Positions 47,927 through 61,758 of a stretch of 64,000 bases of DNA are shown here, piece after piece. The stretch is taken from contig NW_025767057.1 of the NCBI RefSeq assembly GCF_003918875.1, forward strand, positions 1,922,001 to 1,986,000, given 5' to 3'. The notes below the pieces were generated by a model. It had not been told where the DNA came from and ran no database searches. It was given only the letters and a program-made list of their open reading frames with translations. This DNA comes from Haliotis rubra. Taxonomy: Eukaryota. Position 1 is the stretch's first letter; the number at the start of each line of letters is the position of its first letter. The translations under genes and the position numbers were made by a program.

Positions 47927-48470
47927 AAAACGAAAGCGAAAATAGATCGATCGGTGATGTGCACGTCATTTCTAAGTATCAATGTATGTTATACATTGCT
48001 TCATCACCAACAATCCATGCACTGCTAGTGATACCGGAGAAATGTACATGATAAATATGTGATAAATTAATAACTGCAGGTAAACATTAAACCACTTCTT
48101 ATCATAACACGATCTATTCGTTCACCGGATTGTGAAATACATTGTAGAGTAATACCACTCTACGATAACATAACCGTGAACAACATCATATCGTACAGTG
48201 AGCTGTCAGATCGCCATCACGGAGCACAGCCATGTTGCTGACGAACAGCCCCCCACTTCCTGGTTCAAAAAGTAATTGTGCTCCATGAGTCACTACCCTG
48301 TGTGTCTACCATGGCAGGTTTACAGTGCACGGGAGACTTTCACAGACCTTACAGTCGCCTACAGAAGCTTACATTTACTGTCAGCTTGCCATTTCTTCAG
48401 TACTCACCTTAGATATACACGACACGACTGCAGCCTTGATCGACTGACTTCAAACCGAAACTAGGAAATT
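47927..48470 (-). promoter_or_regulatory. Putative non-coding first exon and promoter of the macro-Deltex gene with IRF-E/ISRE-like motifs
   Basis: Minus-strand donor AAG|GTGAGT at about 48406; AAAACGAAAGCGAAAA at 47927-47942 (GAAANNGAAA core); CAAACCGAAACT at 48451-48462. Confidence 0.4.
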
Positions 48471-49725
48471 GTGTCACGACCGAGCGGGTTCAAGTAAGAG
48501 TGGCCTCATGGCTGTGCGTCCTGTATGATATTATACCACCCCACGATAGAGATATATGACATCAGTGACGTAATAACAGTAAAGATGACGCATGATAACT
48601 TCTGTCCTTATTAACATTGTGAATACACATTCATTATGATAACTATTTATGGTATATCTGCATTAATGAAAATTAGCAAAATGTTGAAAAAATTTACATT
48701 AATATCCGTATTGATTGATAAATATCCTTTCACACTTCAGATGTTATACACTAGATATTGCACCGCATACACACGACCTGGTGTCTACATGTCTCAATCT
48801 GGGCATACCAGGCCATTATGTGTGGACTTTGGAATAAAAGAATAAATGTATATTCTCTAAAATTTAACATGGGAACTACCCTGATCTGAGGTGAGCGATA
48901 GGTCGGGATTTGTCGCTCGTCACACCATACCCAGGGCTAGTGACACCATACCCAGTGGCCACAGCTGCTCCCAGAACACCCAAATGTCGTCTGCATTGGA
49001 CGAGCATTGATTCGCCGAGTCAAGAGTAGTTGTAAGGGAGGTAACTCCACCTGGACTCGCATCACCCGAGTTTTCGTGGCTGATTCGTGCAAGTCCGAGA
49101 CAAACCGATTACGGAATTCTACGAATGGTGACGAATGCAGGGCACGATGAACTGGTTTTGGTCCGTGTTTTAACGAAAATATTTGCTGGTCGAATTACCT
49201 CTTACCCTTTACCCGTATGTAAATATCATCTGACCAAGATGATTTTTTAGCACAAACAGCATATGTCAACAGTGGTCATTTTAAAGTATTTCGGCACATA
49301 AAATTGTATTTCTCCAAGAGATGTTTACATGGGAAACATAGAATTTTTTGGGGGTATGTTGTCGTATCTTAGTTGTCTTGTGTTAGAAATAGCAATGGTG
49401 ACTGCCATTGAATAATTAAAAAGAAGTCGTGTCATTCAACAACTAAATGTTACCATTATACACGTATATTTGCTGTAAATGTATGTGTCGGTCAGCCATG
49501 TATATAATTTCAAACTGCAAAACCAATCAGATACCTAGATTCGGAGAGGTAACTCCTCCCTTCCATATAGCCTTACTTAGAGGATCATGACTGACCTTTA
49601 TGTGTTGAATATATGGCGCCGGTTGGTGTGTTTTGTTGTATGAATGTAACAGAATGCTCACATAGAACATAACATCAACTGAAATAGGCATCTGTCTCGG
49701 CTGCACCTGGGGTTACAATGAAGAA

Positions 49726-49970
49726 GCCTAGTGGTTAAAGCGTTCGCTCGTCACGCCGAAGACCCGGGTTCGATTCCCCGCATGGGCACAATGTGTGAAG
49801 CCTTTTTCTGGTGTCCCCCGCCTTGATTTTGCTGGTATATTGCAAAAAGCGGCGAAAAACCAAACTCACTCACTCACTCAGATATGTACAAGCAATATCA
49901 CGGCGGGAGACACCAAAAGTGGGCTTCACACATTGTGCCCATGTGGGGAATCGAGCCCGGGTCGTCAGCG
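49726..49970. repeat. Inverted pair of family A SINEs (49726-49880 +, 49893-49970 -)
   Basis: Consensus matches in opposite orientation. Confidence 0.75.
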
Positions 49971-50049
49971 TGATCAGTTCAGTGACATTTCAGATGCACA
50001 CATAAAGGAGGGAAGTGGTGTAACAATGCCTACTGTGAGCGCGCGCGTG

Positions 50050-50077
50050 ACTGTGTCAGTGTGTGGGGATGTCAGTG

Positions 50078-50112
<35 letters not shown>

Positions 50113-50575
50113 GTGATGTCTGTGTATCAGTATGTCTCTGTGTGGGGGGATGTCTGTGTATCAGTATGTCAGTGTCTGTGTGTGTGCCTGTGTGTGGGGA
50201 TGTCAGTGTGTCTGTTTGTGAGTGTGCCTGTGTATCAGTATGTGAGTGTGTTTGTGTGTGAGTGTCTATGTGTGAGTGTGCCTGTGTAACAGTATGTGAG
50301 TGTGTCTGTGTGTGGGAATGTCAGTGTGTCTGTGTATCAGTATGTCAGTGTGTCTGTGTGTGAGTATGTCTCTGTGTGTGCGTGCGTGCGCCTGTGTGTG
50401 GATCTCTGTGTGGGGGGATGTCAGTGTGTCTGTGTATCAGTGTGTGAGTGTGTGCGCCTGTGTGTGGGGATGTCTGTGTATCTGTGTGTGAGTATGTCTG
50501 TGCGTGCGCCTGTGTGTGGTGATGTCTGTGAGTGAGTGTGTCTGTGTGTGAGTGTGTCTGTGTGTGAGTATGTCA
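50050..50575. repeat. Degenerate TG-rich simple repeat
   Basis: (TG)n, (TCTG)n and gtatcagtatg motifs. Confidence 0.85.
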
Positions 50576-50910
50576 GATACATGTGGACGTTGGTTCGATT
50601 CCCGGTTCGACATGATGATGTGTCTAAGTCTGTAATCACCCTACTCGTGCTGGTTAAACACCTGAGACCTGCTTCGGGTTTTCCTCCCACAATACACTGA
50701 TTCACAGTGACATAACTGAAATCCTGTTCAAAAAGGCGTTAAACTCAACCAGTTCACTCCTTCTCAAAGGACGCTTGGTGACTTTCCTCCTCATCACGGG
50801 GTAAAACAAACTGACAATAGAAAATAATGTCTGATATACAAAAGTTTATTTAAGCATCATAACGTTTACAGTTGCCAGCGAATACGCATAATAGTACGTA
50901 AGTGAAATGA

Positions 50911-51400
50911 TATAGTGGAAACCGCCTAAGTAAAGACCGCTTAACTAAACAGACCTGATAAGTAAACACTTTTCTTTGGTCCCGGCAACTTTCTTCATTA
51001 ATTATCACTATTAGAGTCCGGTTAACTAAACTCGGATAAGTAAACAATACCGCTTAACTAATATAATAAACGTCTTCTCACGGTCCCTGGAAGTAAATTA
51101 CTTAACAAAAGAGACTGGACAACTAATTAGCAATCACCACATAATCCGACATGAGGGGCAGTCGTGTCAGTCTCCAGTCAAACAAACATCCTACTTACAG
51201 CTCGCTGGCGTCAAGCAGTTGACAATACACTGACAACTGGAGGCCAGCCCTGATAAATTGTTCACAGTTACATATGCATACATATACATGCATATGGTTG
51301 TCATTTGCAGGTTTTTTATAAGTTTGGATAAGTAAAATACCTGAAAAGTAAACAATTTTGGCGAGTCCCTTGAAATTTTACTTATCAGGTTCCCACTGTA
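50911..51400. mobile_element. Non-autonomous Tc1/mariner-pogo-type MITE
   Basis: TIRs tatagtggaaaccgcctaagtaaa / tttacttatcaggttcccactgta with TA ends and subterminal gataagtaaa repeats. Confidence 0.65.
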
Positions 51401-52039
51401 GTTTAAAGCTAAAGACCATTAATGAATTTGAGAAACTGTTTCGTACTGCAAGCAATAAACAATGGCATGGGCTTTCTGCCGTTGTACTGACGGTTCGATG
51501 ATAGAAGAAATGTCTCAATCCAATTGTCATGGCAAACTAGACGTATGGAGCGTCGGTGGAAATATGTCTCCCGTCAGTTGCAAAGATACATTGTCAGTTA
51601 CATTTGTTTATATTAATTGGAGTACAGAATAAAGGTCACGAGCCCACGTTCAGATACATGGGTATATTGTAAGTGTTAGTGCAATAACAAATCAGAAATG
51701 TTTCATGTGATTTATCATAATGAAAAACGTAAAGATAAGGCATATACAATGTTTTAGCACAGTTTCGATGTTTGTATTTTTTTTCTGAGAGAAATACACT
51801 TCTGTTGGAAAATAATTGGGATTCTTTTTGTTATGATATCCTAGTTCCAAACTATGTTAATACTTCTATAATACTTTGACAAAGGGGACAAAGCTCTACT
51901 ACCAAACTACCTATATCTTGCATTATTTGTAATTTTCAGTGCTTTATAATCTTAAATATCTTTTTGGTCTCTCTGGTTGACATGAGACAAATGCTTCTAT
52001 TCATGACACCTTAATTACATGTAAAAATCTCAATTTGAA

Positions 52040-52760
52040 TATACCTTTAACTTTGACAAGAAATCGACATGTTGACAGCAGAAGGGAAATTTCTATCCTT
52101 TGATGACTTTATAGATCTATATAAACTCAGAATTAATTTCCGGACCCTTGAAGGGGTCAAACAAGCAATTATTACATACATGTTAAAGATAAATATCCCA
52201 CATTTTACAACTCTGAGCACTAAACCGACATACCCATTTAATTTGTCTAAACTAAACTTCAGTGAAAAAGGTAGCAAATACTTCTATGAAACACTCCTAT
52301 GCTCTAAATCTAAAATAGAACACTATAATAAAAACTGGGATAGCTTGAATCTAAATGTCCCACAAAAGGACTGGGAAATATTTAATATTATCCCATGGAC
52401 GTGCACTTATAGTACTGATCTAAGATGGTTACAATACAGATTTAAATCAAGTATACAGACTCTCCCATTTGTAGTTTTTGTAAATGTAACAGTGAATCAA
52501 TTACCCATCTCTTTTGGGACTGTGAAGTTCTGGAAAAACCTCCAGTCATGGCTCTTAACTGACTTGAATATTCCGTTGCATTTCACAAAACAGAATGTTT
52601 TACTTGGAATTATAGGAAAAAAATAATACTCCAATTAGTGTCATAATAGTTGTTTTGAAGCAAGTTATCTTTAGACACAGCAGAAATGCTGCACCCTTTA
52701 TCAGTCATGTGAAAAGGGAGATAATCAAGTATTATGACATTACAAGAAGTATTTTAGTTT
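52040..52760 (+). mobile_element. 3' fragment of an L1/Tx1-like LINE ORF2, decayed
   Basis: LRWLQYR followed, after a frameshift, by the zinc-finger-like ICSFCKCNSESITHLFWDC and FWKNLQSWL. Confidence 0.7.
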
Positions 52761-54904
52761 CAATAACATTTTGCTTCAAACCCCACTTTAGACAAAGTTC
52801 CGAAAACGTGTGTTCCTTTGTTTTGGAATTAATAACACTATCAATATACACAAATCATATGCATACAGTAAAACAGACAGTTGTCATCGCGTTGATATGG
52901 TCGACTGGGGAACTAGCTCATAATTAAAACGAAGGCGAAGGATAGGTTGAGTTCAAACTTCTTTAGTTTACAAGACATAAATGAGGTGAGCGACATTATC
53001 CTTCTCACGGACGTCCCTACACAGGCAGTCGGAATACCGGACTGTTTGACAATATACATGTGAGCATATATACAGTTTTTTTACAACAATGCACAGGCGA
53101 AGATTCAACAATGGAAAGATGGAGAAAAAAATAGCACTTCCTTGGACCAGTTGATGTGATGGCAGACACGGCCAAGAGGGATGACCAATTAAAGCTATAT
53201 GTATATGTGATATACTGTAACTAATGAAAGTGACAGAGTGATACAGGGTGGCTGACAAGACAGTGTACACTGTGGTAGTGGTGAGGATTAAGTATGCAGA
53301 TGAGCGTCATATAAATAATTACATAAATATGTCTCACATATCTTGGCTTCATAGTTTTTGGTTTTTAGAAATATTTCGACGATGGCTGTCTAAAAAGTCT
53401 GCATCAACCACAATACTTCTTGGGCCATGTTGCAGTAATTTCTTTTCAAGCTAGAACTAGATTCAATAGAAGTGGACCTCGAAAAGAACCTTGAGAAACA
53501 TAACTTTGATAATAAAAATAGCGAGAAGCCAACGATACAATATAATGCATGACGTATGATACATGACAATATTAGCTGTTGTGTTTCCATCACAAAGTAT
53601 TTTTAACAGGATTATCTTGCACTACAACTAATAGCTTCTAATTGCCATCCGTCACCTTGCTTGCTGGCAAGTTCCTCCTTTACCCGGATCAGGTAGGTTT
53701 CGTCTGGGTAGCCGAATCTAGACGTAAACAAGGAATAATAATGAAACCCAACTATAATTGTAGATTTCATCAGCTCACGTAGTGAGCGCCATGAAATCAT
53801 ACTTATATGAACAATCGAAGGCAAGATATAAAAGTGTTATCTCCAAGCCACCAGGTGGCGCAAACCAGCTTTTCAAAGTCTCGCGAGAACTCGCCACTTT
53901 CCATTACCAGCTCTCAGCTAGCAGGAGAACAACCTGAAGCAAACAAGGATCCAAGCTCATCAACAAGAAGTAGCCAACATGGCAGCTGGACAGAATCGAA
54001 TTGAAACGTGTGGAATGTTAAAGTCAATATCTCAGGCCCTACACTGTCAGGGCACACCGACACGCGACTCCACCATCATCTTAGACTAGCTTCTACCTGC
54101 AACAAGTCGACATACTTTAGTACCGAAGGCAAGCAAACGGGATGGATGGTCGGGAACACTTTCATATCTTGCCTTCGCTACTCATAAAATTATGATTTCG
54201 TGGCACCCACTACGTGAGCTGATGAAATCTACAATTTCATTTCGCAACCTTCGGCAAGATACTCAAGTGTTAGTTTAAAGCTTCCCTGGTCAAAACTGCC
54301 TGCTGGAAAGTGTTGACCTCTGGAGTCGTCCTACAATAAAACTTTCTGAAAGTTGATGCTTCGCGTGTTTCAGGATATCATCAATCGAGATACACTGACC
54401 CATAGCCTTAGAAGTGGAAGAGTGGTAGAGTGCAATGTGAACCAAGCCGCCACCCCCAACTTCCTCATGATGTCTTTCAACCATCTGCTTATGGTGCAAG
54501 TTTTCACATGCCAATGGGGATTCACATGACACACGAGCAGATTATGGCGCAGGACTTCGTCCAAAGTATCCCGCCATAATCTAGTTCTTGACAAATATCC
54601 TTCAATACATTCAACTACACACAAGGACTTGTCATCCCTCAAACCTAAAGAAATTCTAACACATTGTGTGTTCTCCTAGGCCCCACAAGTTTTGTTCTTT
54701 TGTCAAATGAAAGGTTAGCCTATCCTCTTGAGTGCATATCTTGTGTCTAATTGCTGAAGTTCTGACGCCCTTCCAGCGGAGGTTAATGCTAACAGCATAG
54801 CCAGTTTTCCCGTAAGAAACTTATCGGAGATTCACATTCTCCCCAAACCCTTGATGGCACCCAAAACCTTCTCAAAGCATCCCTGGGTTGGGTATATCAA
54901 AGGA

Positions 54905-56760
54905 TTGGTTAATCCTTTCATTAAAAAAATCAAGGCCAGATTTTCCGGATATGTTACAATTTGTCTTTCGACGCCAACATGGAGCCATTATGTCTGTCTT
55001 CACGCTCATGGAAAGTATTCAATTTTATATGCATAGAGATTCTGCTGTTTTCTCTGCCTTTCTTGATAACGAAAAAGCCTTGACAGAATCTGGCACGATG
55101 GATTATTTTATAAATTACATGAAATTGGTATAAGCGGTAATACCTGGAATCTTTTACATCACTGTTATACTCATAGCGAATCCTTTGTTTGTTACCAGGG
55201 TGAGAGATCAGACACATATTGTGTCAAGCAAGGTGTTGGCCAAGGAAGAGTTATTTCAGCTTGAATCTTCCTTATTTTTATAAATGACCTTATCACTTCT
55301 CTCAGAGAAGCCAGTTGTGGTATTTGTGTATACGGTATGAATGTTCCTGCAGTCTTGCTTGCTGACGATAATACGCTTATTAGTGCATCACCTAAATGTT
55401 TACAATCATCATTAGACATCGTGTCGTCATATACCTCTAAATGGCGTTTGACCTACAACCCAACTAAAAATAAAATAGTTGTCTTCAGCAAAAGAAAATG
55501 CACTTATTCTAACTTCCAATACCGCCTTGGTGAGACCCCTATCCCCTAATCTGAATCAATTACATATGGAAGTGTTCTCCTAACTGAAGCAAGACAAAAC
55601 ATATATTCCCTAAGATCTGCGGGACTTCATCACTCTCAACTCCACCATTTAAATGTGTCAAAATCTGGCTGAGAATGATACTCACAACAAGTCTCTATAG
55701 CTGTGAAATATTACCTAACATTAGAGGTCAACAAGCCGATGCACTTGAACTTACACAACGATATTTTGCTCGTATTGTGCAGGGGCTTGATAAAAGATCA
55801 CCAACAGACTCTACTACTGCAAATTTGGGATTGTGGACACTTATTGGTTACATCGACAAATGTAAACTCATCTTTCTTGGACGTCTATGCAAAATCTCTT
55901 GTAATAATTTTGCCAAAAACATATTTTGTTCAGGAATAACCACATCTACAAAATCCCATCCATTCTGTGATGATCTACTATCAACACTCTACAAATATAA
56001 CTTACATGTACACTTAGAAAAATATATTAAAGAAGGTGTATTCCCTCCAAAGTACGAATGGCGAAAAATTGTAAATAAATCTTTACATAGCTATGAAGAA
56101 CACAGATGGGTTATGGAAACCTTAATTAATACAAACATGACGCTTTATGCCCGGCTCCATTGCAAGTTAAACTATCATATCCTCTGGCAATTGGCATACT
56201 TACATCCCAATTATAAATCTGCCCTCCAAATATGTATTAAAATCTCATCACGTGACAAAATATCTAAAGAATGCAACCTATGTAACAAATATACCTATGA
56301 TTATGATTTTCATATACTCCTACACTGTGAACAACTTCACACTGAGAGAAACGAATTTAGTGCGTTTATGACTGATATTCTTGATGTGGAAACCTATGTT
56401 GCCTTTGAATCGCAGGATGAACTCGATATGCTCTCTTTTCTATTTGGAGGTGAAACTGTTTTTAATGATAATGTTGATCAAGGGACATGGGAACGAATCA
56501 TTTTGCGATGTTCTTTATACATTTACCGAATAAGACGACATCTCCTACAATGTTATACTGATTGATCTCTGCAGATGTATAATGATGTGTGTCCACTTTC
56601 GGAAGTTTCTTGTATAAATTAATTGTATACACATGTAACTGTATGTTCTTATGTAAATTGTAACTTTATCTATATCAATATTGTAACTTTCCCCCCTTTC
56701 TTGTAGTTACATGTATATAATTTGTTTGATCTTCAGACGATCGTCTGGTGGAAATAAAGG
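54905..56760 (+). mobile_element. 5'-truncated non-LTR retrotransposon (LINE) nested in the DIRS element
   Basis: Frameshifted RT motifs (FLDNEKA, QGVGQGRVIS, LLADD), C-terminal ORF 55675-56565 with CNLC...HILLHC, AATAAA at about 56753. Confidence 0.8.
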
Positions 56761-57960
56761 TGCATAAAACTTGATAATATACATAATATAAATAATTATT
56801 TTGAACTGACTCGATTAGGAAAATCAAACTATAAGATACGTTTTACAACATGCCACATCCACTATGATGTTTGTATTACTACTACGTGCGTGAAACAATC
56901 CTCAAGATGCTTCTTCCTGCAACTGTTACATAGTATGAATATGTTTCCTACCTTAAACCTCCCCATGTCCCAGAGGATATCAAGAATGTCCAACTTGGCT
57001 CCTGACAGCGATCTTGTCACTATACCTTCGAAAAGGATTTCTCTGTGTGACATCCGACATACTTTATTTAAACATGTTTCATTCATGAAAATATGCGTCA
57101 TGAGTGGACAGGCCAACATGCTCCGAAGAGGATTTTGAAGGCCGCTCCCGTAGGCAAAACCATGTCCAAGTAAATACAGAAACAGATGCCACATTCACGA
57201 AACCTTTTCGTACAGACATCATGTGTATGCCACAATATTCGGTGGTGCATTTCCTGCCGCAGGTTTCGGTTTTTTCTAGCAGCACGTACTTGCAGTTAAA
57301 AGGTGCACGCCTTCCCATTTTTATATATATACATACATAAATATATTTTAGTCTAATTGTTTAGTCAGCACGGTCGCCGCTAGACCCAGCATGACGAAAA
57401 TCAGTTCCTGGTCTTTCTGTTCCGGGGTTAGTCCGGCGACCACGGCGGCGTGATATGCATCGTTGACGAATGTTTTTCCTTCGGACGACATCGTGTGTGA
57501 ATATAAAATATATTTTATTTTATTTTAAACAAAAATTATAACATTAACATGCGGATTTATTTCTAATTGCGTCGCCTGCTGCTGTTGCGGTGGTTGTTGT
57601 TGCTTGTTATTATATAGCAGCATAACGACGACCATGCTTAATCCCGTTACCACGGCGGCAACAATCCACGGAGTGTAATGGGTATTATTATTTTTGTGGT
57701 GCTTGGCTAAACACCTTTTCTACCGGCGGCGACTTTTTTAGGATTCTTGGTGGTGGTGACTAGTCGTATCGGTGTCGTTGCTTCCTCCGGCGGCGTTTCC
57801 TCCTCCTGTTGCGCATCCATGTTGGTGTAAAATTCATATTTATCAGCGGTCAAGATTAGGATAATGTATGAATATCGATTCGTTTGTTTGGCAGTAAATA
57901 TCAAAGTATTTATGAAACATCAAATCGATCAGATTTTATTATGTAATCATGAATGATTTT
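56760..57960 (-). mobile_element. Compact cassette of short intronless virus-like genes; probable Maverick/Polinton-like fragment
   Basis: Co-oriented mini-ORFs separated by AT-only spacers: from 57820 (KNPKKVAAGRKG, then after a frameshift a TM helix WIVAAVVTGLSMVVVMLLY), 57348-57491 (MSSEGKTFVNDAYHAAVVAGL...) and Cys/His-rich 56862-57318. The family call rests on recalled resemblance only. Confidence 0.45.
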
Positions 57961-58099
57961 AAGAATTTGTGTAGATCATTGTTAGTGAGCGAGGCACAGC
58001 CTTTTGGCACTGTGTGGATACTTAATTCCTTTAAAAAGAGATTTTAAAAAGGTGATTTTTGTCTTAATTCATGTATTTATTGCATGTGAAGAAATAATG

Positions 58100-59130
58100 T
58101 ACGGCATGACAGGAGCGTAAGGCGAGAATGGATAATTTGGCATATTCTTGATCCATAGTTTAGGTCAAAGATAACAGCTTTGTTATGGGGACTGCATAGC
58201 GAGTTTTGGAATCGGGATAAGGTATCAATATTTTGAATTTCAGGACTTAGGGAATTCCATGACTTTATTGTATCAGGTAAATATAATCTGGCATCTCTCT
58301 ACATTTAACTGTTCACGCTGAAAAATGTCTCCTGAGGTTAATAGCATTAGTACTGGGTATTGTAGGTAAGAGATTTTGAGGCGAGAGATTATTCTTCATT
58401 TTATAAAATGTTGTCAGCTTAGAAATATATCTACGTTCTTTAAACGGTTTTTGGTTAGTTTCTTCATATATCATGTTGTGGCTTCTTCCTCGAACCGCAC
58501 CACTTATTGATCGCATGCGTCTAGATTCAATTTTTCTAGTAAAATGGACTGTTCCTGGGTACAGTTGTCTCACATGTGGCCGCAATAATCAAAAATAGGT
58601 AAGATGAAAGATTTATAGATACTTTCTAAACTTTTATGCGATAGGCGATATTTCAAACTTCTTAAGCAGTTAATCAATGGACTAACTTTCTTAATCATAG
58701 AGTTTATGTGAAGATCCCAGTAACAGTTATTTTGAAGGGGAAAGCCTAGATGCTTGTGATTTTCTACGTCTTGAATTATCACACCGTTCATTGTAAGATC
58801 AGGTTTAAATCTTATATTTCTAATAAACTGTATTGATTTCGTTTTGTTAGGATTGAATGAAACCTTCAATTTCTTTGGGTCCAATTTGAAATTCTTAATA
58901 GGTCATTATTTAAACAGTCTGCAGCTATGCCGGGGTCATCAATTATAATATATATAGTCGTGTCATCTTCGAAAAGTCTAATATTACTATCAATATCATC
59001 CACGATATCATTAATATACGTTATGAACATTAGGGGTCCTAAGACTGATCCTTGACGGTCGCCTGCTAATACATACTTCACCACGCTGTTGCCAACAAGT
59101 ACTGTAGTCATATTCAGATTAGATGATTTG
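58100..59130 (-). mobile_element. CR1/L2-group LINE RT fragment nested in the DIRS element
   Basis: QGSVLGPLMFITYINDIV...RLFEDDT, FNPNKTK, HKHLG, IYKSFILPIFDY; frameshifted. Confidence 0.82.
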
Positions 59131-61292
59131 GAGCAGGCCATCACTAACCAACTTAGCGAGTTTTATAGCGATACATTTGGAGAATGTTGTGTGAGTCACT
59201 GGATTTTAATGAAACAATACTTCTCCCACCACTCTCTCATTCCAAGGCGTCTGAGAAATGCCACGACCAGTCTCAGTATCTTTGTGAAATGGCGTGGTGC
59301 AAAGGCCAGACTGAAAGGACGGCAAATGAATTGAAAAATCATATCTTTCCATTTGAACCGGAGGTACCTTTCGCACGCATCTTTTAGATCAACTTTGCAC
59401 ATGAAGTCCTTTCTTCTGAGGTCCCGAACCATGAACAAACCCTCCATCTTAACATCCAAATTTTCGAGAACGACATGAATTCTCCCCGCCAAAAGAACAT
59501 CTGGCGCCAGCTTGGACAAATTCAAACTTGGCATTCCGGCCACCACATTTCCGTTTTTGTGCAGGGTATCTAAATCTAAGAACAGGTTTTCTGGCTGATT
59601 TTTTTAGGGGTAAGGAACTTGGTGATACACGTCTTTTGCCTCTCTTGTCCTGGGAAAAACTTCACCTGATGACATGTCCGCCGGTATATCGCCCCTGGAA
59701 ACCTGTCTGCTTCCCGAGGGCACAGGCCGAAAGGCTTGAACGTGGTGGGTCTGGAATAACTAGCAGACTGTGGATTGTTAGGGTGTGTTTTGGGCTTATG
59801 CACGAATTTTAACTTCATCTGAGGGGGCTGAAGCGCACCAGCCACCTCTCTTGCTTCCCTACGATTCTTGCCCTTATCTTCCAAGATTTGCAGAAAACCG
59901 TCCCCAAACAATTGGGCCTCGGTGTCATGGAAGATGTTGGCATGTTTTCTCACCAAGGATTTACTCTTCTTGAGATCCTTTGTAAGTTTGTACAATGTAG
60001 CTAGTCTCCTATTGTAGTTCAAGGCTACATCAACTTGGCCTGTGCCACGTATCGTTTTCTCAACCAATTCTATCACAAACTCGAAGTCTAACTCAGTAGA
60101 CTGATCATTACAGGCCTGTTCAAGCAACTTTTATGAGTCTGGACTGAATGGATCTTAGACCCTTGTCCGCTCCTTTTCCATTACCTATCCCATTTTGTTC
60201 CATAAGGGATTCAATAATGTCATCCATCTGAGGGGCTTCTAAAACCTTACCCTCTCGTATAGAACATTCTGATTACACACCCTCCATAGTCTTGTCATCT
60301 ATGAAAGTGGTGAAATGCTTGTTAATGTAGTCCAATTGTCCCTTAGGGAGCCTACAACGTGGGGCATTTGATGTCCCAAGAGGGTCCAAATGTCTAAGTT
60401 CTGGTAGGGTGTCCCCCATATTAGAGGTACCCTGCTGTCACCCCTTCTAGCTCTCGTATCGCTCATGAACCAACGTTTTGAGACAGCGTTATCGTCTGAG
60501 TCGAACCCACACTCAAGAATCAGAATCTACCGCGGTCGAAACCAACAGTTTCTTACTGGGGTCAGTATTACCTGCCGGTACATTGACCACGTGTTACCCG
60601 TCGTTATTTTCCTTATTTTGACACGACAATGGCGGACTAGACATTTTTAATGTCTTATGTTCGTAGATATAATAGAATTACAATAAATATACAAGAAAAG
60701 TACTAACCTCCAGGAAAAAAAGAGTAAAACAACCGTGACCTTCACGGATCGACCGGTAATGAAGAATGGCAATTTCTCGCGAGACTTTGAAAAAGCTGGT
60801 TTGCGCCACCTGGTGGCGGGGAGTTAACACTTGCGTATCTTGCCAAAGTTTGCGAAATGAAATCAGGTACCGCATCAGTTCATCTGTTCGGTTGTCCTTT
60901 CGATTATGCCTTCTTATTTCGAAACTTTGTTTCGCACTTACATGGACACGCACACGCACAAAGATGAAATAATGATCAACCACAAACGAAGAGGTAAGAA
61001 TTCTTTTCAGCAACCCATGCGTGTCGTCATAGTCATGGACACGCACACGCACACGCACACGCACAAAGATGAAATAATGATCACACACACACGAAGATGT
61101 AAGAATTCTTTTCAGCACCCCATGCGTGTCCTCATAGTCGGCTAATGGGGTCGGGTGGTCAGGATCGCCTGCCTTGTTGGCACATGTGATCGTGCACAAT
61201 GAGACACCTTTTTGGATAATCATAGTTTAGGTTTTCACAAAATAACATTTAATCTAAATGTATCTCAATCATAAGATAATCACACATGATTA

Positions 61293-61580
<288 letters not shown>

Positions 61581-61758
61581 TCAGAAATATCAAAGTGTGC
61601 GCTATATGCCCACTGGAAGAGGGAGATGTGTGTGTGTGTGTGTGTGTGTGTGTTGGGGGTGGGGGTGGGGTGGTGTGTAGATGATGACTCTCTCTCATTA
61701 AACAACAGTGACGTTCCTGGAACACAGTCTTCAGGGTGGTTTTCTCCAACATATAATT

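Larger units (their letters stand above)
53757..60863 (-). mobile_element. DIRS1-type tyrosine-recombinase retrotransposon, decayed, with inverted terminal repeats and internal complementary region
   Basis: Inverted repeats at about 53818-53910 and 60755-60845. The internal region 54155-54272 is complementary to both outer termini, joined at AAT/ATT. Gag-like ORF about 59576-60466; RT 59196-59546 (DFMCKVDLKDA, FQFICRPFSL, APRHFTK); YR about 54290-54840 (TISRWLKDIM, FTLHST). Confidence 0.88.

Noticed and set aside
49795-50705. Cys/Val-rich ORFs
   Set aside because: Translations of TG microsatellite and SINE sequence.
60678-61223. 181-aa ORF
   Set aside because: Chimeric read-through of a SINE fragment, a local duplication with (GCACAC)n and the DIRS terminus.
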